Origin: Leucoraja ocellata
Lineage: Eukaryota
Direction of reading: 5' to 3'
NCBI GenBank assembly: GCA_036785375.1
Contig: JAWMAR010000005.1
Span: 3,596,001-3,660,000 of the forward strand
DNA: 64,000 nucleotides
How positions within the stretch are numbered: the stretch's first letter is position 1; each line of letters starts with the position of its first letter. The notes beneath the pieces were generated by a model. That model had not been told where the DNA came from. It ran no database searches and worked only from the letters and a program-made list of their open reading frames with translations. A program made the translations under genes and the position numbers. Below, one piece after another: positions 62,001-64,000 of the stretch.

Positions 62001-63427
62001 CATGCGTCTTAATCTTCTAGGTTAGTTTTCCAGGAGGGACTTTATCCAATGCCTTGTTAAGGTCCATCTAAACAACTGCCCTACCCTCACCAATCACCTT
62101 CATCTCCTCAAAAAACGCAATGAAATTTATAAAATGCGACGTGCCGTGCTGACTGTCCCAATTGCTTCCAAAAGTGAGTCAACCTACTCTAAGGAATCCT
62201 CTCCAATAGCTCCTCGAGCACTGCAATATAATTCCCGCTTTCGGTCTACTCCGTTGTCAAAGGAATAACATTGGCTACTCTCCAGTCCTCCAGCACCTAA
62301 GCCTGAGAGGATACACAGATCCTCGTTAAAGCCCCTGCAGTTTCTTCTCTTGCCTCTCGCAATAACTATAAATGTAAAGTTGGCTCTAGCCACGATAGTC
62401 CTCCCTCCTTACACGGCAGCCCCTCCCCTGCTGCCCCCACCCCCCTCCCCAGGGTTGCCAACTGCCCCGTATTAGCCCAGACACCCCATATATTGGGCTG
62501 AATTGGTTTGTCCCATGCGGACAATTTGACTGCGACTACTCGGGTCGAGGGGACTGTCGGGGTCGGAGCACCGCATCCCGTCGTAGTGCAGCCCGTGGAG
62601 TGCAGCAGAAGCAGCAGCAGCAGCACCTCGCCCGTGGCCCCGTCGGTTGGCAGCCCGGCCAGCTGTCCGTCCTTCGGACCTTCGCTTACCGCCGACACCA
62701 CCACCCCTCCTTCTCAAGGCCGATCATCGGTTCATGAGTTGGATAGGGTGCCGGACACTTCGCGCAACAGCGTGCGGCCCGGGCCAAAACACCTCAGCAG
62801 TCCAGTACCCGGGCCAACTCATCATTCACCCAGCCACGGCCGAGATGGTCAACACATTGGGAATTTTGTCCCTTATTTTGACCTTTTGTCCCTTATTGGG
62901 GAGTGAGAAAGTTGGCAACCCTATCCTCCCCCACCCCCACCCTCACCCCCCCATTGTTCTTGGTGGCTCCACACTGGGTTCCCCCATCATTCTCAGCCCC
63001 CCCCCTTTGTTCTCAGTGCCCCCCCCCACTAGACCTCCCCATCGTGTAGCTCTCAGCCACGCGGGTCCTCCCCCTCACTCTTGGCGGGTGCTGCTAGCAC
63101 AGCGCTCACCTGCAGCTGCTCCATCTGCACTTCCTTGGTGGCTCGGTCGGACTTCCTCCCCGTCCGGATGTCCACCTCGCTCTCTAAGCCGGACAGCCAC
63201 GCGTCCACCTGCTGGAACATCTTCTCCAGGCGCGTGAGCACGTTCAGGGTGGCGTGGACCTTCTCCTTGGCCTCGCCTAGCCTTCGCTGGTACAGGTGCC
63301 AGTCGTGCTGAGCAGACTCGAGAATGCGATCCTCCATGTACATCGACCCAGGCAGGCTCACCTTCTCCTGCGTTCTCAGTGCGGCATTCATCAGAGTCTG
63401 GCCCTCAGTGCATCGCTTCTCCAAGTC
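1816..63427 (-). CDS. SYNE1: Nesprin-1 (SYNE1), partial: 32 coding exons of the spectrin-repeat rod; the gene continues beyond both window ends
   Basis: 32 GT-AG exons with compatible phases sum to 7965 nt with no stop. Peptides such as MTAGRCHTLLSPVTEESGEEGTNSE, SRSMTTVWQRWTRLR and EQYEQEMRHLQQLIE match human nesprin-1 as I recall it. Confidence 0.97.
2563..2840 (-). mobile_element. HE1-like V-SINE (internally deleted)
   Basis: Same head, V-domain and tail as the other copies. Confidence 0.85.
2875..3048 (-). CDS. SYNE1: SYNE1 exon, 174 nt (ERLNDQVEEQRQIQALQMYRSEADELDNWL...QLTDCQ)
   Basis: ctttag|GAG acceptor, CAG|gtatcg donor; not listed in the ORF track. Confidence 0.95.
3979..4173 (-). 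CDS. SYNE1: SYNE1 exon, 195 nt (GLMEEIVTLQDEINELQ...KKQLLE)
   Basis: tcccag|GGA acceptor, GAG|gtttgc donor. Confidence 0.95.
4484..4702 (-). mobile_element. LINE 3' tail (Rex/Babar-like) with a (TCAT)n end; sister copies at 5343-5640 and 58300-58480
   Basis: Shared sequence among the three copies; the 5343 copy encodes RHKNSFYPRVVALLN. Confidence 0.7.
4854..5015 (-). CDS. SYNE1: SYNE1 exon, 162 nt (ISEKQRTLYEALERQQKYQDS...MAAHQ)
   Basis: tggcag|ATC acceptor, CAG|gtatgc donor. Confidence 0.95.
6005..6257 (-). mobile_element. CR1/HER1 LINE 3' end
   Basis: 3' UTR gaagggccgaatggcctactcctgcacc with (TTTCTATG)n tail; near-identical to the copy at 24018. Confidence 0.85.
7252..7425 (-). CDS. SYNE1: SYNE1 exon, 174 nt (DSAYHTTLSAEE...LQRSWETLKNV)
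   Basis: ttgtag|GAT acceptor, GTG|gtaagt donor. Confidence 0.93.
7500..8845 (+). repeat. Diverged local duplication (about 7500-7865 vs 8505-8840)
   Basis: Shared blocks acagcatcataa, cttcccagcaccc, taactgcaatctttgttccca, aggtgcagttac, cttcagctcag. Confidence 0.85.
8865..9245 (-). mobile_element. Degenerate CR1 LINE 3' fragment
   Basis: FFTQRMVGVWNAL-type C-terminus. Confidence 0.7.
10022..10310 (+). mobile_element. HE1-like V-SINE
   Basis: GGTGGCTCAGCGG A-box; ctccgagctcttcggtttcctcccac V-domain; gggccgaagggcctgtttcc tail. Confidence 0.88.
11000..11590 (-). mobile_element. Old non-LTR retrotransposon RT C-terminal fragment
   Basis: Frameshifted peptides IYKDQI..., LNTIKDIAASLI..., typical of the post-RT region of CR1/L2-group LINEs. 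Confidence 0.6.
11829..12123 (+). mobile_element. HE1-like V-SINE
   Basis: Full head-V-tail structure. Confidence 0.88.
12204..12344 (-). CDS. SYNE1: SYNE1 exon, 141 nt / 47 aa Ser/Thr-rich linker (MTAGRCHTLLSPVTEESGEEGTNSELSSPTACRSPSPVANADVSVNQ); probable cassette exon
   Basis: tatcag|ATG acceptor, weak CAG|gtacta donor; resembles the human 47-aa alternatively spliced exon 93 as I recall it. Confidence 0.95.
13506..13688 (-). CDS. SYNE1: SYNE1 exon, 183 nt (DFAQKIKGYQEQIAALNTKCKMLTMKAKH...HPSVVM)
   Basis: ggccag|GAC acceptor, ATG|gtaagc donor. Confidence 0.95.
13779..13973. repeat. Degenerate (TC)n polypyrimidine/polypurine tract
   Basis: About 195 nt almost entirely C/T on the + strand. 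Confidence 0.9.
14157..14166 (-). other. Candidate 10-nt microexon TGAGTTGATG (stop then ATG)
   Basis: gctaaac branch point, long pyrimidine tract, aacag| acceptor, ATG|gtgaga donor; the ATG is in frame with exon 13506-13688. Confidence 0.45.
14243..14400 (-). promoter_or_regulatory. Candidate internal promoter and short first exon
   Basis: Non-repetitive CpG-containing block; CCAAT at 14328-14332, CATATAT/AAATAAA near 14295-14313, CCA|gtgagc donor at 14242. Confidence 0.35.
17415..17775 (+). mobile_element. CR1 LINE 3' fragment
   Basis: GDLIE...KGLDRVD codons and the CR1 3' UTR. Confidence 0.8.
18408..18800 (-). mobile_element. HE1-like V-SINE interrupted by a Penelope pseudo-LTR piece (about 18541-18646)
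   Basis: SINE consensus resumes after the insert. Confidence 0.8.
18550..18586 (+). ncRNA. Short-stem-III hammerhead ribozyme motif (GUU cleavage triplet)
   Basis: gggu-CUGAAGA-A-GGGU(UUCU)GCCC-GAAA-CGUU-gccu; stem I can form 3-4 bp. Confidence 0.6.
18931..19074 (-). CDS. SYNE1: SYNE1 exon, 144 nt (EAVIQYEQYEQEMRHLQQLIE...ISRHK)
   Basis: ctgcag|GAG acceptor, AAG|gtaatg donor. Confidence 0.95.
19246..19530 (-). mobile_element. HE1-like V-SINE
   Basis: Matches the other copies. Confidence 0.85.
19585..20140 (-). mobile_element. Penelope-like element 3' remnant (GIY-YIG C-terminus plus pseudo-LTR)
   Basis: HSHTGFSVLGFLHYQSEATRKLEEQHLIF peptide followed by a degenerate hammerhead-type pLTR. 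Confidence 0.8.
20548..20730 (-). CDS. SYNE1: SYNE1 exon, 183 nt (RLLADMEGFKQKVQ...HTAIQQCNILQ)
   Basis: gcctag|AGG acceptor, CAG|gtgggc donor. Confidence 0.95.
21202..21632. mobile_element. Harbinger/PIF-like MITE, subtype A
   Basis: TIR AGGGCCTGTCCCAC / ...GACAGGCCCT, TAA on both sides, subterminal GCGACTCCATG repeats. Confidence 0.85.
22568..22690 (-). CDS. SYNE1: SYNE1 exon, 123 nt (DMEQFETEVKSLQ...LKEQLFQRQ)
   Basis: acacag|GAT acceptor, CAG|gtacca donor. Confidence 0.94.
22830..23285 (-). mobile_element. Rex1/Babar-type LINE 3' fragment
   Basis: LPSIDSIYTSHCLGKASSIIKDESYPSHSLFSPFPSGKR; related pieces at about 48120-48430, 48985-49205 and 61165-61300. Confidence 0.75.
24018..24352 (-). 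mobile_element. CR1/HER1 LINE 3' end
   Basis: LGKSRTRGHSLRIKGKSFRTEMRKTFFTQRVVNLWNSLP. Confidence 0.9.
24930..25115 (-). CDS. SYNE1: SYNE1 exon, 186 nt (AALRESEEIQSDLQAMSEKL...LQDAAK)
   Basis: ctttag|GCT acceptor, AAG|gtaaac donor. Confidence 0.95.
25200..25857 (+). mobile_element. Composite CR1 3' fragments, one nested in another
   Basis: LGLYSLK...RGDLIETY; a second CR1 3' UTR lies at about 25305-25500. Confidence 0.8.
26590..27535 (+). mobile_element. V-SINE split by a nested minus-strand CR1 3' fragment (about 26783-27380)
   Basis: SINE head and V-domain to 26779, tail from 27380; CR1 peptide YKTLVRPRLEY...LERVQRRFTRMLPG lies between. Confidence 0.85.
28775..29070 (+). mobile_element. 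HE1-like V-SINE
   Basis: Matches the other copies. Confidence 0.85.
29283..29612 (-). mobile_element. CR1 LINE 3' end
   Basis: PRVGESRTRGHRFKVKGKRFNRNLRSNFFTQRMVGVWNKLP. Confidence 0.88.
29682..29700 (-). promoter_or_regulatory. CTCF-like motif TGGCCGCTAGGTGGCAGCA
   Basis: Close match to the CTCF core CCASYAGRKGGCRS with typical flanks. Confidence 0.55.
29738..29875 (-). CDS. SYNE1: SYNE1 exon, 138 nt (AASQLEEFHEMLEFVLKWVERAK...LMIHQ)
   Basis: ccacag|GCC acceptor, CAG|gttaga donor. Confidence 0.95.
30848..31162 (+). mobile_element. HE1-like V-SINE, full length
   Basis: Head, V-domain and (CTAAA)4 tail. Confidence 0.9.
31257..31439 (-). CDS. SYNE1: SYNE1 exon, 183 nt (RLWDRLDSCNVKLVELDATVQDFMEQN...SKLNK)
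   Basis: ctgcag|AGG acceptor, AAG|gtaagc donor. Confidence 0.94.
32025..32525 (-). mobile_element. Penelope-like element remnant: RT N-terminal part joined to a pseudo-LTR
   Basis: FYLLPKTHK...PGSPVVS...YLDSILSPL...LPTYVHDT matches the Penelope RT motif YxLPKxHK...RPIVS. Confidence 0.85.
32076..32110 (-). ncRNA. Short-stem-III hammerhead ribozyme motif, sense to the SYNE1 pre-mRNA
   Basis: agu-CUGAAGA-A-GGGU(CUUG)ACCC-GAAA-CGUC-accu. Confidence 0.7.
32632..32784 (-). CDS. SYNE1: SYNE1 exon, 153 nt (VNVKEGEAEQMKAVTLDFNSRMQQISDG...AKIEQE)
   Basis: gtatag|GTG acceptor, GAG|gtgagg donor; open phase-0 frame; not in the ORF track. Confidence 0.88.
32791..32921 (-). mobile_element. V-SINE 3' tail abutting a SYNE1 splice acceptor
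   Basis: Minus strand ...gggctgaaggacctgcttccgcgctgtatctc...ctaaact, then gtatag|exon. Confidence 0.85.
33856..34155 (-). mobile_element. HE1-like V-SINE
   Basis: Matches the other copies. Confidence 0.87.
34203..34358 (-). CDS. SYNE1: SYNE1 exon, 156 nt (ELHGEVATRHQTVERL...YLELYTILPSELSEQLAEV...IEEQ)
   Basis: atttag|GAA acceptor, CAG|gtaagt donor. Confidence 0.95.
35005..35377 (+). mobile_element. Penelope-like element 3' remnant
   Basis: LIFRLCSLQPSSMNIYFSNF then CTGAAGA...GAAACGTC pLTR. Confidence 0.8.
35378..35975 (-). mobile_element. CR1 LINE 3' fragment
   Basis: YRALVRPHLEYCARFWSP...LGLYLLEFRRMRG. Confidence 0.9.
36047..36291 (-). mobile_element. HE1-like V-SINE (5' truncated)
   Basis: V-domain and tail. 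Confidence 0.85.
36511..36676 (-). CDS. SYNE1: SYNE1 exon, 166 nt, phase 2/0 (VRQKIRKSKKMVQQELKERE...LQELK)
   Basis: ttaaag|C acceptor completes the AA+C codon from the preceding exon; AAG|gtatat donor. Confidence 0.92.
36996..37312. mobile_element. Harbinger/PIF-like MITE, subtype C (right TIR lost)
   Basis: TAA-AGGGCCTGTCCCAC; long subterminal inverted repeat ttttccccttgattcaaact / agtttgaatcaaggggaaaa. Confidence 0.75.
37811..38073 (-). CDS. SYNE1: SYNE1 exon, 263 nt, phase 0/2 (IETTTVVVDQLQDRLPDSSVEKA...AMQDRYD)
   Basis: ccccag|ATC acceptor, AA|gtaagt donor. Confidence 0.94.
38269..38555 (-). mobile_element. HE1-like V-SINE
   Basis: Matches the other copies. Confidence 0.85.
38753..39470 (+). 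mobile_element. CR1 LINE reverse-transcriptase fragment (frameshifted)
   Basis: SGVPQGSVLG...IYINDL...KFADDT RT motifs, followed by YRALVRPHLEYCVQFWSP. Confidence 0.95.
39519..39590. repeat. (GGTTA)n microsatellite decaying into (GTTTG/GTTTA)n
   Basis: Seen directly in the sequence. Confidence 0.9.
39744..39962 (-). CDS. SYNE1: SYNE1 exon, 219 nt (SLLSVVNSFQEKI...SRSMTTVWQRWTRLR...LTDK)
   Basis: tcctag|TCG acceptor, AAG|gtgcgg donor. Confidence 0.95.
40405..40778 (-). mobile_element. CR1 LINE 3' fragment starting about 12 nt after an exon donor
   Basis: ETYTIVKGLDKLDAGK...; CR1 3' UTR. Confidence 0.88.
40790..40934 (-). CDS. SYNE1: SYNE1 exon, 145 nt, phase 2/0 (CVAQWQDYQEARQQL...EKLTQHK)
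   Basis: tcctag|A acceptor, AAG|gtagca donor. Confidence 0.94.
42096..42433 (-). CDS. SYNE1: SYNE1 exon, 338 nt, phase 0/2 (QSLDKVQSMILQYQWAVQSAGDWLEDA...QRNILQ); NAGNAG acceptor
   Basis: cccag|CAG|TCC tandem acceptor, AG|gtaacg donor. Confidence 0.94.
42870..43165 (-). mobile_element. HE1-like V-SINE
   Basis: Matches the other copies. Confidence 0.87.
44172..45050 (+). mobile_element. Two tandem CR1 3' fragments of different subfamilies
   Basis: ORF 44585-44977 SYEERLDRLGLYSLEFRRLRGD...WNSLP; a separate tail at about 44172-44500. Confidence 0.9.
45364..47524 (-). CDS. SYNE1: SYNE1 giant exon, 2161 nt, phase 2/0, several spectrin repeats
   Basis: Lies within the 734-aa ORF; caacag|A acceptor, AAG|gttagt donor; helical repeats with periodic Trp. 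Confidence 0.97.
47580..47939. mobile_element. Harbinger/PIF-like MITE, subtype A, with a duplicated left end
   Basis: Same internal sequence as the 21202 copy; flanks are TAA and TTA. Confidence 0.85.
48455..48985 (+). mobile_element. Penelope-like remnant with a nested foldback pLTR insertion (48507-48723)
   Basis: EEQHLIF...GMNINFS codons interrupted by a palindrome flanked by tcatatttc(a/g)cttgg duplicates. Confidence 0.85.
48886..48920 (+). ncRNA. Short-stem-III hammerhead ribozyme motif
   Basis: CUGAAGA-A-GGGU(CUUG)ACCC-GAAA-CGUC. Confidence 0.65.
49240..49582 (+). mobile_element. CR1 LINE 3' fragment
   Basis: FPRVGEFRTRGR...FFGQRVVNLWNSLP. Confidence 0.85.
49606..49871 (-). CDS. SYNE1: SYNE1 exon, 266 nt, phase 0/2 (DLGHQLQSRQVNI...KEWDDLG)
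   Basis: tttcag|GAT acceptor, AG|gtgagt donor. Confidence 0.95.
49906..50210 (+). mobile_element. HE1-like V-SINE
   Basis: Matches the other copies. Confidence 0.87.
50230..51668 (+). mobile_element. Two CR1 3' fragments (about 50230-50790 and a younger one at 50903-51668 with a (TATGGT)n tail)
   Basis: 168-aa ORF LYKALVRPNLEYGVQFWSP...WNELP. Confidence 0.92.
52178..52354 (-). CDS. SYNE1: SYNE1 exon, 177 nt (IEQHLVRSQELALGWEEIK...LLAQVQ)
   Basis: ttacag|ATA acceptor, CAG|gtaagg donor. Confidence 0.95.
52580..52908 (+). mobile_element. HE1-like V-SINE
   Basis: Matches the other copies. Confidence 0.87.
53089..53214 (-). CDS. SYNE1: SYNE1 exon, 126 nt (VKHYRALQEQASTYLELLCCMCDLSD...HTKQM)
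   Basis: ctgcag|GTG acceptor, ATG|gtaagt donor. Confidence 0.95.
53311..53583 (+). mobile_element. HE1-like V-SINE
   Basis: Matches the other copies. Confidence 0.85.
54025..54171 (-). CDS. SYNE1: SYNE1 exon, 147 nt (LYQSLECELQKHVSHQDTLQQCQTWL...SIKQ)
   Basis: tcacag|TTG acceptor, CAG|gtaacc donor. Confidence 0.95.
54349..54640 (+). mobile_element. HE1-like V-SINE
   Basis: Matches the other copies. Confidence 0.85.
55069..55245 (-). CDS. SYNE1: SYNE1 exon, 177 nt (PIMEEIAGFEHAL...DSYSAICSTAQR)
   Basis: caacag|CCG acceptor, AGG|gtaaag donor. Confidence 0.95.
55910..56077 (-). CDS. SYNE1: SYNE1 exon, 168 nt (VCKEDLEEKVREHEDYNSNLQEVEKWLLQ...LARHK)
   Basis: gcttag|GTC acceptor, AAG|gtgggt donor. 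Confidence 0.95.
56345..56663 (-). mobile_element. HE1-like V-SINE
   Basis: Matches the other copies. Confidence 0.85.
57403..57555 (-). CDS. SYNE1: SYNE1 exon, 153 nt (AIQQTVVSHEPGIRLVIERGEAVFDLV...YQELCSTVT)
   Basis: cttcag|GCC acceptor, ACG|gtaagt donor; not in the ORF track. Confidence 0.94.
57695..58280 (+). mobile_element. Penelope-like element remnant with a 5' inverted pLTR
   Basis: DLPVAGHFNSPSH...KLEEQHLI...GMNID peptide; pLTR at 58180-58275; inverted pLTR at 57695-57765. Confidence 0.82.
58182..58216 (+). ncRNA. Short-stem-III hammerhead ribozyme motif
   Basis: CUGAAGA-A-GGGU(CUCG)ACCU-GAAA-CGUC-accc. Confidence 0.6.
58857..59183 (-). CDS. SYNE1: SYNE1 exon, 327 nt (TLHSNIDMGNTLLK...ELYEKKAQLAKYK)
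   Basis: ttccag|ACT acceptor, AAG|gtgagg donor. Confidence 0.95.
59205..59725. mobile_element. Nested CR1 3' fragments in opposite orientations
   Basis: A + strand copy at about 59335-59565 lies inside a - strand copy. Confidence 0.75.
59840..60037. mobile_element. Harbinger/PIF-like MITE, subtype B
   Basis: TAA-AGGGCCTGTCCCA...TGGGACAGGCCCT-TAA with a different interior. Confidence 0.85.
60294..60464 (-). CDS. SYNE1: SYNE1 exon, 171 nt (DQTKLLREELRALEE...ESKIKKFE)
   Basis: tcacag|GAC acceptor, GAG|gtaagt donor. Confidence 0.95.
60641..60932 (+). mobile_element. HE1-like V-SINE inserted in a Rex/Babar-type tail
   Basis: Matches the other copies. Confidence 0.85.
61672..61827 (-). CDS. SYNE1: SYNE1 exon, 156 nt (KWNEEILSRKDEVERVG...GCQATQLATRYQGILLHVV)
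   Basis: aattag|AAA acceptor, GTG|gtaagt donor; not in the ORF track. Confidence 0.94.
62451..62923. mobile_element. hAT-like non-autonomous DNA transposon
   Basis: TIR AGGGTTGCCAACT / AGTTGGCAACCCT; flanks ccctcccc / tcctcccc give a 7-of-8 TSD. Confidence 0.75.
63110..63427 (-). CDS. SYNE1: SYNE1 exon, 318 nt (DLEKRCTEGQTLMNAALRT...DRATKEVQMEQLQ)
   Basis: ccacag|GAC acceptor, CAG|gtgagc donor. Confidence 0.95.
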
Positions 63428-63684
63428 CTGTGGAACAATGATAGAGTGTGTTAACACAAGGCAGCACGACACAACTCCATGTGGTATTTCATAGAGTCAT
63501 ACAGTGTGGAAAAGTCCTTCGGCCCAACTTGCCCACACCAACCAACATGTCCCATCTACACTAGTCCCACCTGCCCGCGTTTGGCACAAAACCCTCTAAA
63601 CATGCCCTATTCATGTACCGGTCTAAATGTTTCTTAAACATTACGATACTACCTGCCTCATCTACCTGAGGGGCTGCCAGTGGT

Positions 63685-63885
63685 ATCATCATTCAGATGA
63701 GGCATCAAACCAAGCCCCACCTATCCTCTCAGCTGACCACTAAAGATGGGACTTTACTTTGGAGGAGAGCAGTGCAGTTTCCCCTGTGTCCAGGGCAAGT
63801 GACACCACTAGAATAGAGGTTACAGTCGTTTACTTCAATCCAATTTGGGGAACTTGCTGTGCATAATTTGGCTGCCCCTTTCATT
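63685..63885 (+). mobile_element. Degenerate DeuSINE (SacSINE1/AmnSINE1-like) fragment
   Basis: cagatgaggcatcaaaccaagcccc...ctctcag...aaagat...gagcag...ttgctgtgcataatttggctgcc resembles the Deu domain as I recall it. Confidence 0.55.
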
Positions 63886-64000
63886 ATTTAAAAAATGTGT
63901 CAATGTTTCAGAACAAATGGTTGTGGTAAAACTTTTTCCCCTGAACTTGTGAGATACATTGTATGAAGGCAAATATAAAGTGTGTCCCTATAAATGCACA

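Overview
Eukaryotic genomic DNA, most likely from a cartilaginous fish such as a skate or ray (inferred from the HE1-type V-SINEs and HER1/CR1 LINEs). The whole window lies inside one large minus-strand gene, SYNE1 (nesprin-1). I traced 32 consecutive GT-AG coding exons from 63427 down to 1816. Their phases chain without a stop or frameshift, giving 7965 nt (2655 aa) of the spectrin-repeat rod; from memory these are roughly human exons 67-98. The introns are packed with V-SINEs, CR1 and Rex/Babar LINE fragments, Harbinger-like and hAT-like MITEs, and Penelope-like retroelement remnants. The most interesting unexplained signals are: (1) many Penelope-derived pseudo-LTR and foldback units carrying short-stem-III hammerhead ribozyme motifs, some in the sense of the SYNE1 pre-mRNA; (2) a 10-nt stop-start microexon candidate (TGAGTTGATG) behind a possible internal promoter; (3) a 3-nt CAG microexon or recursive splice site candidate; (4) a SINE tail that supplies the branch and acceptor context of a constitutive exon and forms an inverted pair favouring circRNA. 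Exon coordinates were read base by base; repeat boundaries are approximate.
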